From Alphaproteobacteria bacterium (GTDB taxonomy: Bacteria > Pseudomonadota > Alphaproteobacteria > CALKHQ01), in contig CBDDFZ010000001.1 of assembly GCA_965227515.1 (NCBI GenBank), positions 768,001-832,000 on the forward strand: a DNA stretch of 64,000 nt, in the 5' to 3' direction. Of the stretch, positions 38,690 through 48,277 are shown piece by piece (position 1 is the stretch's first letter; every line of letters starts with the position of its first letter). The position numbers and the translations under genes were made by a program. A model generated the notes under the pieces. The model worked only from the letters and a program-made list of their open reading frames with translations. It had not been told where the DNA came from and did no database searches.

Positions 38690-39640
38690 ATGAGTGCCGA
38701 ACCGATCGCTGCAACCGCCATGGACAGTGACGAAGCACGGCAGCACCTGAACGCGCACGGCTATGTGGTGCTGGAGAACGCGATCGACCGTGCCGCGGCG
38801 CGCGAGCTGAAGGCGCTGGTCGACCGCCGCATGGCGATTGAGCGCGCGCAGCCGTTCGATCCGGGCGACGGCCCGTCCCACCCTGACGATGCTTTCTTCG
38901 CCGAGGAGGTCGGCCCTTTCACCGCCGGCAAGGCCGAGCGCGCGCGCGTCGTGCAGCGCATCCGGGCCGATCGCGCCCGCGAGTTCGACACGCCCTGGCC
39001 GGTGGAGCCGGAGCACGTCTGCATCAGCTTCTTCCACATCCCGACATTGTTCGACGACGGCCGCTCGCAGCGGGTGTTCAACCTGATCAACAAGGAGCCG
39101 GCGTTCGCGCCGCTGATCGAGCACCCGGCGGTCATGAACATCATTGACGCTGAACTGGGCCGCGACGCGGTGCTGCTGGACGTCAGCATCAACAATGTCG
39201 GCGCCCACACCGAGAGCGGCGGTTGGCACGTGGACTCCCCGCTCAGCATGGCGCCCGAGCCGCTGCCCGACTTCACCCTGTCGATCCAGACGGTATGGAT
39301 GCTGGACGACTTCACGGCCGAGAACGGCGCCACCCTGGTGGCGCGCGACAGCAATCTGACCCGCCGCCAGCCACCGCCGAACGCGGCGGACGTGGCCAAC
39401 CCGGTGGTGCTGGAGGGCCCGGCGGGCTCGGTCGCGATCTGGCTGTCGCAGACCTGGCACCAGCACGGCGGCAACAGGACCGACACCCCGCGCACCGGCG
39501 CCATCGTCCAGTACGGCCGGGCGTGGATCAAGCCGTTCGTCGACCTGCGCACGCCGATGACGGCGGACCAGGCGGCGCAGTTCTCGCCGCGCCTGCGCTA
39601 CATGATGGGCTGCAACGCCAACGCCCCGGTGCGGGGATAA
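38690..39640 (+). CDS. PhyH-family Fe(II)/2-oxoglutarate dioxygenase
   Basis: GYVVLENA; WHVD; WMLDDFT.ENGAT; WHQHGGN.T...R. Confidence 0.88.
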   Translation: MSAEPIAATAMDSDEARQHLNAHGYVVLENAIDRAAARELKALVDRRMAIERAQPFDPGDGPSHPDDAFFAEEVGPFTAGKAERARVVQRIRADRAREFDTPWPVEPEHVCISFFHIPTLFDDGRSQRVFNLINKEPAFAPLIEHPAVMNIIDAELGRDAVLLDVSINNVGAHTESGGWHVDSPLSMAPEPLPDFTLSIQTVWMLDDFTAENGATLVARDSNLTRRQPPPNAADVANPVVLEGPAGSVAIWLSQTWHQHGGNRTDTPRTGAIVQYGRAWIKPFVDLRTPMTADQAAQFSPRLRYMMGCNANAPVRG

Positions 39641-39690
39641 GCTCGAAGTTTTTTTGCGTCATGCCCGCACTTGTCGAGCCTACGTTCAGT

Positions 39691-39772
39691 CGTAGCCCGG
39701 GTGGAACGTAGTGAAACCCGGGGACATACCTTCACCTCTCTGTGCCCCGGATTGCGCTGCGCTCCATCCGGG
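39691..39772. repeat. GTAG-type REP dyad interrupted by IS copy 2
   Basis: cgtagcccgggtggaacgtagtgaaacccggg ... cccggattgcgctgcgctccatccggg[ct]; completed by acg at 41195-41197. Confidence 0.9.
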
Positions 39773-39810
39773 CTTCTGTAACGGGCCATTGTTGGTCAAT
39801 CCCTTTTTCG

Positions 39811-39976
39811 TCGTCCCGGCGCCTGGGTCATGCTTCTGTACGGGGTCGGCGCAGGGCCGCCGCCAAGATGGATATGCGAGGATCGGTCGGTCCAATCTAC
39901 GGAAGCGTGCTCTCATGCGAGGCGACATCCCGGATGGCGGCCTGACCTGATCCATCGTCCCGGCGCGGGACGGCGC
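39811..39976 (-). ncRNA. Predicted bridge RNA / seekRNA of IS copy 2 (boundaries approximate)
   Basis: Guide-like segments at 39929-39937, 39897-39902, 39865-39871, 39833-39840. Confidence 0.75.
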
Positions 39977-40038
39977 TCGACGGGCCGGTGTCGGTGCCCG
40001 TCGAAGCTCGTGTGTCGGTTCTCCTTATGCCGCGGCCA

Positions 40039-41082
40039 TCATGCTGTCGCCATCGCCGGGCGCACCGGTCCGGCATGGTTGAACGGTGTGCCGTCAACCC
40101 ACATCCGGTGCATGATCACGGCGAGCCGGCGCGCCAGCGCGACCTTCGCCTTCCTCATGCCCGCACGCCTGGCCAGCTTCATCGCCCAGCTCTTCAGCCA
40201 GCCGCCCTCGATCGGCCGGGTCAGAACCACGTGTGCCGCCTCATAGAGGGCCGAGCGCACATCGGCGTCCCCTACCTTCGATATCCGCCCCATCACCTCG
40301 CTCTCGCCCGACTGGCGCTTGGTCGGCGTCAGGCCGAAGTGCGCACCCACCAGGCGCGACGAGGCAAACCGCCCGGGGTCGTCCACTCCCGACAAGTAGG
40401 TCAGTCCGACAATGCTCCCCACGCCCGGCACCGTCATCAGCAGGCGAGCGCGATCGTCGGCCTGCGCCGCCGCCCGGACCTGCCGGTCCAGCGCCGTGAA
40501 CGATAGCAACAGGCCATCGCGTGCCGACAGCAGCGCCCCCGCCACCGCCTCCAGTACCGGATGCCCCGCCACAAGCTCCGAAATACGTGTCGAAAAGCTG
40601 CGCCTGGTGGTGTGCCCTACCTTCAGCCCGAAGTTCCGCAGCTGACCACGAAGGTGCATCTCAAGATCGTGCAGCTTCGCGCGGAGCTGGTCGCGACCCT
40701 TCAAAAGGGCCCGCATCTCCTGGGCCGCCAAAGACTTGCAGTGAACCGGACGAAACCAGCCCACACGCATCAGCTGAGCAATCCCGCGTGCGTCCGAGCG
40801 GTCCGACTTCACCGGCATCGTCGAAAGGGCCCGCGCAACATGACGCGTCTCCAGCAACTCAACCGAAAGACCGCCCTGCGCGCACTCCCGCACAAGCCAT
40901 TGCGACAACGGCCCCGCCTCAAGACCAATCCGCTCAACCGAAATCCCCAAAGACCCAAACCACAACAACAAACCCGCCGGCGTGCTCGCAATACGAGCCT
41001 CGCAGACAATCCCGCCCGCGCCGTCAACAACGCATACCGATGACCATTCCAAAGAAACGTCAATCCCGGCATAGTAGTTCAT
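40039..41082 (-). CDS. IS110-family DEDD recombinase/transposase
   Basis: Same DEDD and QSGES motifs as copy 1; a few C-terminal substitutions. Confidence 0.96.
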   Translation of the reverse strand: MNYYAGIDVSLEWSSVCVVDGAGGIVCEARIASTPAGLLLWFGSLGISVERIGLEAGPLSQWLVRECAQGGLSVELLETRHVARALSTMPVKSDRSDARGIAQLMRVGWFRPVHCKSLAAQEMRALLKGRDQLRAKLHDLEMHLRGQLRNFGLKVGHTTRRSFSTRISELVAGHPVLEAVAGALLSARDGLLLSFTALDRQVRAAAQADDRARLLMTVPGVGSIVGLTYLSGVDDPGRFASSRLVGAHFGLTPTKRQSGESEVMGRISKVGDADVRSALYEAAHVVLTRPIEGGWLKSWAMKLARRAGMRKAKVALARRLAVIMHRMWVDGTPFNHAGPVRPAMATA

Positions 41083-41243
41083 GGTCGTCTCTCCTCGATG
41101 TCTTGGAGCGGCAAACCCGACTCCGTGTATGACACCGACATCTTGAGGGACGACCACTCATGCACGCCACCAAACAAGGGCCGTTAGCCCATCTACGGGT
41201 TTTCTTGCCAATGGCATCTTGAGGTCGCGGCTGATTGCGCCGC

Positions 41244-41310
41244 GCCCCTCACCTTCCCAGCCTATGGCTGGGCCCCTTCCTCTCCCGCACCGCTTCGCGG
41301 CGGGGAGAGA
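41244..41310. repeat. CCCTC(A/T)CC-type hairpin repeat
   Basis: cccctcaccttcccagcc..ggctgggccccttcctctccc...gggagag; same pattern at 63909-63972. Confidence 0.6.
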
Positions 41311-41346
41311 TGATTTGGACGCGCTTCGCGATGACGATGTAGGCAC

Positions 41347-44300
41347 CTACCGCTGGTCGAGCTTGATCTCGATGCGGCGGTTCTGGCGCAGGGACTCGTC
41401 GTCCTCGCCCTCGCTGAGCGGCTGATATTCGCCGAAGCCGGCGGCGACCAGCCGGTTGGGCGGAATGCCGCGCGAGATCAGGTATTCCACCACCGAGATC
41501 GCGCGCGCCGACGACAGCTCCCAGTTCGACGGGAACTCGCGGGTGTTGATCGGCACCACGTCGGTGTGGCCGTCGACCCGCAGCACCCACTGGATGTCGT
41601 CGGGAATGGTATCGGCGATGCCGAGCAGTGTATCGGCGATCTGGTCCAGTTGCGCCCGGCCTTCCGGGCCGATTCGCGCGTCGCCCGAGGCGAACAGCAC
41701 CTCCGACTGCAGCACGAAGCGATCGCCGACGATGCGGATGTCCTCGCGGTTGCCGATGGCCTCGCGCAGGCGGCCGAAGAACTCGGACCGGTAGCTCGCC
41801 AGCTCCTCCACCCGGTCGATCAGCGCGGTGTTGAGCCGGTTCGACAGGTTGACGATTTCCACGTCCTGCTCGGCGATATGAAGTTCGGCCCGGTCCAGTG
41901 CACCGGTCAACCGTTCCAGTTCGGCGCGCAGCGCCATCAGTTCCTCGTTAAGGGCGCTGATCCGCTCCGCCGCCTCCTCATAGCGGGTTTCGGCCACCAC
42001 CAGGTCGGCTTCCAGGCTGCGGTTCTCGTCCCGCGTGGCCGTCAGGTCGCGATAGAGCTGGCCGGTGTCGGCGCTGGCGTCGGCCAGATCGCTGGCCATG
42101 GCGGCAAGGTCGGCGGCGAGCCGCGCGCGTTCTTCCTCGCTCAGAGCAAGCGCGTCCTCGGCTTCCTGCAGCCCCGCCGACAGCTCGGTGATCTGGGTGC
42201 GCAAGGCATCGCGCAGCGCCGTCAGTTCGCCGATTTCGACCAGCCGCGCCTCAAGCGTGGCGTCGCGGGCCGACAGGTCGGCTTCCTGGGAGGCAATCTC
42301 GTCCTGCAGCTCCTCGGTGCGGGCCAGCAGCAGCGCGATCTCCGAATCCCGCTCCTCCATGTCGGCGAGCAACTGGTCGCGCAGGGCCAGCAAGGCGGCG
42401 ATCTCCGACTCCCGGCCGGCGAGGTCGCTGTTGAGTTGCGTGCGCAGGGCGACCAGGGCCGCCAGCTCGCCACGCACCGCGGCCAGCTCGCGCTCCCGCG
42501 CGGCCACGGCCTCGTTCAGTTCGGCGACATAGGCTTCAAGGTCCAGTACCTCGGCCTCGGCAGCACTCAGGTCTTGGCGCAGTTCGTCACGCTCGCCAAC
42601 TGCCGCCGCCAGCGCGGCGTCGCGCTCGGCCAGCGTCTGGGCCAGTTGCTCCTGCTCGCGGGTCAGTGCGTCCAGCGCCGCCTCGCGCTCGGCAAGCGCC
42701 TGGGCCAGCAGCTCGCGCTGTGCCTGGGCCTGGGCGGCCAGGGCAGTCTGCTCGTCGATGGAGTCGGCGAGCGCGGTCTCGGACTGCTCCAGTTCGCTGA
42801 TGGAGGCTTCCGCCAAGGCGGCCCGCGCCAACGCGGCATCGCGCTCGGCCAGCGCCGTTGCCAGGTCGTCGCGCACCTGGGCCAGTTCGGCCAACTCGGC
42901 GACCTGTGCCGCCATGTCGTCCTCGAGTGCGGCGCGCGCCAGTTCCAGTTCGGCGATCGCGGCATCGCGTGCGTCCAGGGTCTGGCTCAAGAGGTCGTAC
43001 TGGTCGGCGGCCAGCGCCAGCGCCGCGTCGCGTTCCGCCAGCGCATCGGCCAGCGCCTCGCGCGCGGCCTCCAGCGATGCCAGGTCGCCCTCTGTCTCCG
43101 CCAAGGTGCCGGCAAGCTCATCGCGCTCGGCGGTCAACGACGACAAGGCGGCATCGCGCTCCGCGACGGCGGCCGCCAGTTCGGCGCTGCGCTGCTGGGC
43201 CAGCGCCAGGGCGGCGTTACGCTGCGCCAGCGTCTCCGCCAGCGCATCGCGGGACTGCGCGGCCTGGGCCAGTGCTGCCTCGGTTTCCGCCAGTGCCGCG
43301 GTCTGGGTGTCCAGGCGCTCGGTCAACGCATCGGCCTGGCCGGAGGCGGCGTCCATCTCGGCTTCCAGGCCGCTGATCGTTTCGGTCTGGTTCGCCATCG
43401 CGGTCTCGAGCGCCTCGGCCATCGCCCCGACCTCGTCCAGCGCCTCGTCGCGCGCCGCCAGGTCGGCGGCCAGGGTATCGGTGCGCGCTTCCAGTTCGGC
43501 GATCAGCGCGTCGCGCTCGGCCAGCACCTCGGCCAGTGCCGCGCTCCGTTGCTCGGCCGCCGCCAGCGCCGCGTCGCGCTCGGCCAGCAGCGCTTCCAGT
43601 TCGGTCTCGCGGGTGGCGAACGCGAGGATCTCGTCCTCGCGTTGCTCCAGCTCGGCGTTCAGCGCGTCGCGCAGCGCCATCAGCGCCACCACCTCCTTGC
43701 GCAGGTCGCCGATGACGCGACGGTCGCCGGCCAGCGACTGCTCCAGGTCGGTGGCCTCGGCCAGCAGACCCTCGATCTGCAACCCCTGTTCGTCGAGCGA
43801 GGCCTGCAGCCGGTCGCGCAGCGCGGTGAGGGTGACGATTTCCTCGCGCAGCTGATCGCGCTCGGCCTCGGTCTCCGCCAGCGAGCCGGTCAGGGTTTCG
43901 GCCTGGGCGGTCAGCGCCGCGATCTCCTCGTCGCGCCCCGCAAGTTCGGATTCCAGCTCGTCGCGGATGGCGTAGAGGACCGCGATCTCCTCGCGCATGT
44001 CGGCGACAGTCTCGTCGCGCGCGGCCAGGTCGGCGGCGGTCTCGTCGACCTGCAGCTCCAGTGCGAGAATGCGCTCCTGCTGCTCGCGGCTGAGCGCGGA
44101 AAGCTGCTCGTTCGAGGCCTGGGCATCGGCAAGCTGGCCCTCGAGCGCGCTGAGCTCCTGGCGCAACTGGTCGCGCAGGGCGGACAGCGCGGCGGTTTCC
44201 TGGCGCACATCGGCAAGCTGGTTGGTGCGCTCCAGAAGCTGGGTGTTGAGCTGCTCCGAGAGTTGGTTGAGATCGGCGATGGAGCCGTCGCGCGCGGCCA

Positions 44301-45111
44301 CCTGCGCACGCAGGTCGTCGCGCAGTACGATGAGCGCCGCCACCTCGGTGACCGCATCCTCCAGGTCGGCGGCGAGCGCATCGCGTTCCGCTTCCGCGGT
44401 GGCCAGGCTCTCGGACAAGTCGTTGCGGTTGGCGTTGGCGTCGGCGAGTGCTGCCTGCAGGGCCGCGATATTGGCTTCGCGGCCCCCCAACTCGGCCTCC
44501 AGACCGGCGGCGCGCTCTTCCTGTGCTTCCAGCAACGCCGCCAGTTCCACCACCCGGTTCTCGAGCTGGCCGCGCACGTCGGTCAGGGTCGCGATGTCCT
44601 GCTCAAGTGCGGCGAGGTCCAGGGCCTGCTGGCTGATGGTCGCATCGCTCTCCGCGATCGTCTGCTCGGCCTCGGCAAGCTGTTGCTCGGCGGAGTCGGC
44701 GCGCGCGGTCGCCGCCGCCAGCCGGCCTTGCAGGCCGACCCGGTCGGTCTCCGCGGCTTCCAGGGCAGCCGTCAGCTCATCGCGGGTGGCGGTCAGGTCG
44801 CTGACCTGGGCGCTCAGTTGGTCGCGCGCGTCGTTGGCATCGGCCAGGTCGGCGGTCAGGGAGTCGACATTCAGGCGCAGGTCGGCATTGGACTGGCGTT
44901 CCAGCACCAGCATGCTGTTGAGCTCGTCGACCAGCTCGTTGAGTTCGCTCAGCCGCTCGTCGCGCCCGATCAGCGCGTCGTTCAGGAAGAACTGGGAGAT
45001 GGTGAAGATCAGCAGCAGGAAGATGATGACCATCAACAGCGTGGCCAGGGCATCCACGAAGCCCGGCCAGATGTTGGGGCTCGACCGCCGTGTCCGTGTC
45101 AGGCCTGGCAT
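41347..45111 (-). CDS. MotB/OmpA-like peptidoglycan-binding membrane protein with a very long coiled coil
   Basis: N-terminal WPGFVDAL TM; ~1000-aa Ala/Glu/Leu heptad region; C-terminal GHTD..NWELSSARA..NRRIE. Confidence 0.9.
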   Translation of the reverse strand: MPGLTRTRRSSPNIWPGFVDALATLLMVIIFLLLIFTISQFFLNDALIGRDERLSELNELVDELNSMLVLERQSNADLRLNVDSLTADLADANDARDQLSAQVSDLTATRDELTAALEAAETDRVGLQGRLAAATARADSAEQQLAEAEQTIAESDATISQQALDLAALEQDIATLTDVRGQLENRVVELAALLEAQEERAAGLEAELGGREANIAALQAALADANANRNDLSESLATAEAERDALAADLEDAVTEVAALIVLRDDLRAQVAARDGSIADLNQLSEQLNTQLLERTNQLADVRQETAALSALRDQLRQELSALEGQLADAQASNEQLSALSREQQERILALELQVDETAADLAARDETVADMREEIAVLYAIRDELESELAGRDEEIAALTAQAETLTGSLAETEAERDQLREEIVTLTALRDRLQASLDEQGLQIEGLLAEATDLEQSLAGDRRVIGDLRKEVVALMALRDALNAELEQREDEILAFATRETELEALLAERDAALAAAEQRSAALAEVLAERDALIAELEARTDTLAADLAARDEALDEVGAMAEALETAMANQTETISGLEAEMDAASGQADALTERLDTQTAALAETEAALAQAAQSRDALAETLAQRNAALALAQQRSAELAAAVAERDAALSSLTAERDELAGTLAETEGDLASLEAAREALADALAERDAALALAADQYDLLSQTLDARDAAIAELELARAALEDDMAAQVAELAELAQVRDDLATALAERDAALARAALAEASISELEQSETALADSIDEQTALAAQAQAQRELLAQALAEREAALDALTREQEQLAQTLAERDAALAAAVGERDELRQDLSAAEAEVLDLEAYVAELNEAVAARERELAAVRGELAALVALRTQLNSDLAGRESEIAALLALRDQLLADMEERDSEIALLLARTEELQDEIASQEADLSARDATLEARLVEIGELTALRDALRTQITELSAGLQEAEDALALSEEERARLAADLAAMASDLADASADTGQLYRDLTATRDENRSLEADLVVAETRYEEAAERISALNEELMALRAELERLTGALDRAELHIAEQDVEIVNLSNRLNTALIDRVEELASYRSEFFGRLREAIGNREDIRIVGDRFVLQSEVLFASGDARIGPEGRAQLDQIADTLLGIADTIPDDIQWVLRVDGHTDVVPINTREFPSNWELSSARAISVVEYLISRGIPPNRLVAAGFGEYQPLSEGEDDESLRQNRRIEIKLDQR

Positions 45112-45179
45112 GCCGTGGTCACTCCGCCATCATCCTTCGCGTGGTGTATGAACATGCGGTGCCCGCCGCTCGGCAGGAC

Positions 45180-46325
45180 TTAGCTTCGCGAATCGTCCGC
45201 CAGGGCCGCGATGGTGCGTGTCAGCGTCTTGATCTCGCTGCGGATCTCCTGCACCGCGTCGCTGCGGCCGGCCGCCAGCTCGTCAAGCAGCCGGGCGGCA
45301 TAGATCTCGATGTTGCGAATGTGCGAGCGAGACGCATCGTCGAAGCCCATGTTGCCGCTGGACATGCTATCCGACAATCGGGCCAAAATCGGACGCAGTT
45401 CCACCTGGGCCTCGGCCAGCCGCACCATCAGCGCCTGCTCGGCCTTCATCTGGTCGGTCAGCGTGGTCAGCCGCTCGGTCAGCGCCATCAAATTGGCGTT
45501 GGTCTGCGACCGCCCTTCCTCGCCGCGCACGATGGTGCGCTGCAGGCTCTCCAGGCTTTCCGCCGACTGCTCAAGAAGGGCCTGGATGTAGGCCGGCACC
45601 GACCCTTCGCCCTCGGCCAGCAGCGAGCCGCTGGACAGCCGGGTGACGCTGGAGAGCCACTCCTCCAGGTCATTGTAGAAACGGTTCTGCGCCTGGCCGG
45701 CCTGCAGTTCGAGAAACCCAAGGGCGAGCGAGCCGGCAAGGCCGAACAGGGACGAGCTGAACGCTGTCCCCATGCCCGAGATCGGTTCCTCCAGCCCGCG
45801 CTTCAGGTCGTCGAAGATCGACGGCAGGTCGGCGCCGCCGGTCACTTCCATCGCCTCGATCACGTCGCCGATGGCCCCCACCGTCTGCAACAGGCCCCAG
45901 AAGGTGCCCAGCAGGCCGAGGAAGATCAGCAGGCCGATAAAGTAGCGCGAAATATCCCGCGACTCGTCCAGCCGCGAGCCGATGGTGTCCAACAGCGAGC
46001 GCATCGACGCGGTCGACAGGCTGACACGCCCCACCCGCTCGCCGAGCAGCGTCGCCATCGGCGACAACAGCTTCGGTGGCTTGGTGATCGGCGTGTCCAC
46101 CTTCATCTGGCGGTAGTTGTCCAGCCACGCCACCTCAGGCCCTAGCAGAACGACCTGGCGGAAAATGTGAATGATGCCCAGCACCAGCACGCCCAGGATC
46201 ATGCCGTTCAGCACCGGGTTGGCCATGAAGGCATCGACCAGCGCGCCATAGATCAGCGCGACGCCAATGGCGAACAGCGCCACGAAGGCGGCCATGCGAA
46301 CCAGGTAGCGGTATGGCTTCGTCAT
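45180..46325 (-). CDS. MotA/TolQ/ExbB proton-channel family protein
   Basis: FLGLLGTFWGL and GMGTAFSSSLFGLAGS TM motifs; adjacent to MotB-like gene. Confidence 0.88.
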   Translation of the reverse strand: MTKPYRYLVRMAAFVALFAIGVALIYGALVDAFMANPVLNGMILGVLVLGIIHIFRQVVLLGPEVAWLDNYRQMKVDTPITKPPKLLSPMATLLGERVGRVSLSTASMRSLLDTIGSRLDESRDISRYFIGLLIFLGLLGTFWGLLQTVGAIGDVIEAMEVTGGADLPSIFDDLKRGLEEPISGMGTAFSSSLFGLAGSLALGFLELQAGQAQNRFYNDLEEWLSSVTRLSSGSLLAEGEGSVPAYIQALLEQSAESLESLQRTIVRGEEGRSQTNANLMALTERLTTLTDQMKAEQALMVRLAEAQVELRPILARLSDSMSSGNMGFDDASRSHIRNIEIYAARLLDELAAGRSDAVQEIRSEIKTLTRTIAALADDSRS

Positions 46326-46496
46326 CGGTTCCGACCGGGCACCGGGGTGGCTTCAGGCGCGCGGGAACATGCGCAACGGTGGACGGCGGCCACGGGAGTC
46401 GACCGCCACCGACCGTTCATGCCCTGGACGGCTGGCAATGGCAATGTCGGAACGGGGGCAATGACGGAGCGGGTGCGCTGACACCTACCGGGCCGC

Positions 46497-47999
46497 CTAC
46501 TGGCTGACCAGCTCCAGGTCGACCCGGTCCTGCGGCGCTTCGGTGCGGTGGCCGAGCGCGCGCACGTCCATGCGCGGCCCGCGCACGCCCTGCTCGATCA
46601 GATAGGACCGCACGGCCAGCGCGCGCGACAGCGACAGGCGCCGGGCGACACTGGCGGTGTCGACGGTGCCGGCCGCATAGGCGCGGATGGTGAGCCTGAG
46701 GCTGTCGTCGCTCAACAACTGCTGCGCCACACCGCGCAGCTCATCGAGCGACTCCTGCGGCAACTCGCTCTCGCCGTTCGGGAACGCCACCGAGACTGCG
46801 ATGCCACCCACCGAGGCCACGTCAGGCGGCGGCGGGGGCGGGTCTTGTGCCGGTGGGTCTTGGGCCGGCGGATCGGGCACCACCGGGTCCGGCGGCGGCG
46901 GCAAGTTGTCGTCGCCACTGGCCGTCTCGGTGGGCGGCGGCGTGGGTGTCGGTGTGGGCGGCGGCGTCACGTCGACCACGTCGTCGTCGCGCGTGCCGGG
47001 TGGCGGTGGCGGCGGCGTGATCTGCGGGTCCGGCGGCGGCGGTGGGTCGGCCGGCGGCGTTGCGCTGGCGATTGCCGGCGGGTCCGGCGGCGCCGCGGGT
47101 GGGTCGGGCTGAAGCGCCGGTGTCGGCGGCGGGGTGGTCGGCTCGTCGACGATGGTCGGCGGCACGAAGTCGCTGTCCGCGGCGGCGGTGTCCTGGCTCG
47201 GCGCCTGCGGCGGCGCGGGTGGCGGCGTCACGTCGGCGGAGGCCGGCACATCCGTGCGCTCGACGATCACCGGAACGGCCGGCACGTCGGCCGGTGCCGG
47301 CGGCAGGTCCGGCGGTGCCGGAGGGGTGGCCGAGGCGACCTGCGGCGTCTGTGTCTGGACCGGTTGGGTAACCTGGGGCTGGACGACCTGCGGCTGCGCC
47401 ACCTGCGGCGGGGTCGCCGGCAGCACGGCGGTGCCGTAGCTCAGTTGCGCCTGGGCATTGCCCGGGGCCGGCACGCCTGGCTGGATATAGAGTTGCGACC
47501 CTGGGGCCACCGGTCCCGGCACGTTCAGGCCGCCGGCCTGGCCATAGACACCGCGCGGGTAACCGGGCGCGCCCTGCTGGCCATATGGCTGCGCATAGCC
47601 TTGGCCGTATTGCTGCGGCGGCGCATAGGCGGCCACGCCGCCCTGGTTCGCGTAATATGGCGGCTGGTAACCGCCGCCGAGCACGCTGGGGTCGTACATG
47701 ATGCTGCCGCCGCTGCCGACGACCGCGCCGCCACCGTAGGGCTGGCCGTAGGCCTGGCCATAGGCAGGCTGACCGTACGGCTGACCGTAGGCCGGCTGGG
47801 GCGCGGCACCGCCCTGCTGCAGCGCCGAATAGGGCACCGGACCGCCGGCGAACGGATCGACGACCCCGTAGCCCTGGGGCTGGCCGTACTGCGCCTCGGC
47901 CGCGGCACTGACCAGAACCATCGCGGCCGATCCCAGAAGGGCGGCCTTGCAGATGCGCAGGCGCCCTGTCGCTGTGTTGGTCGTCGCTTTGTCGGTCAT
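46497..47999 (-). CDS. Exported Pro/Gln/Tyr-rich protein with a C-terminal OmpA-like domain
   Basis: Signal peptide, YGQP repeats, poly-Pro linker, ARRLSLSRALAVRSYL...DRVD. Confidence 0.8.
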   Translation of the reverse strand: MTDKATTNTATGRLRICKAALLGSAAMVLVSAAAEAQYGQPQGYGVVDPFAGGPVPYSALQQGGAAPQPAYGQPYGQPAYGQAYGQPYGGGAVVGSGGSIMYDPSVLGGGYQPPYYANQGGVAAYAPPQQYGQGYAQPYGQQGAPGYPRGVYGQAGGLNVPGPVAPGSQLYIQPGVPAPGNAQAQLSYGTAVLPATPPQVAQPQVVQPQVTQPVQTQTPQVASATPPAPPDLPPAPADVPAVPVIVERTDVPASADVTPPPAPPQAPSQDTAAADSDFVPPTIVDEPTTPPPTPALQPDPPAAPPDPPAIASATPPADPPPPPDPQITPPPPPPGTRDDDVVDVTPPPTPTPTPPPTETASGDDNLPPPPDPVVPDPPAQDPPAQDPPPPPPDVASVGGIAVSVAFPNGESELPQESLDELRGVAQQLLSDDSLRLTIRAYAAGTVDTASVARRLSLSRALAVRSYLIEQGVRGPRMDVRALGHRTEAPQDRVDLELVSQ

Positions 48000-48277
48000 G
48001 GTGTCAATCCTGTCGCGTCGACTGCATTGATGCGGTGGGGCATCGTCACCCGCCTCGCGGGCCCCGCGATGGCGGCCAACGCCGCACATGAGCCCTCATC
48101 AAGGGCGCCGAATGTATTCGATCTGGCGTCGCCTACCCTACGCATACCCTATTCTCGGCTGGAATGCGGCAAATCTTGGACACGGCCGCACGAAACCTAA
48201 CCGAATCGTCATCAACCCACCATAACGGGCGAACATGGTTAACGAAACGTTTTGCCGGTCGGTTCGCCGCGGCGGTG

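Larger units (their letters stand above)
39773..41194 (-). mobile_element. IS110-family (IS1111-like) element, copy 2, inserted in a REP arm
   Basis: Near-identical to copy 1, 9 bp shorter just after the stop codon; CT core at 39773-74 and 41193-94. Confidence 0.93.

Noticed and set aside
41566-45183. 1205-aa plus-strand ORF and other long antisense ORFs (e.g. 59361-61931, 7875-9854, 25820-27832)
   Set aside because: Shadow ORFs of high-GC genes on the opposite strand, with no recognisable motifs
41347-46325. Zorya (ZorAB) anti-phage system
   Set aside because: No ZorC/D/E nearby, the long coiled coil is in the B-like subunit rather than an A-subunit tail, and the context is the core efp-suhB region
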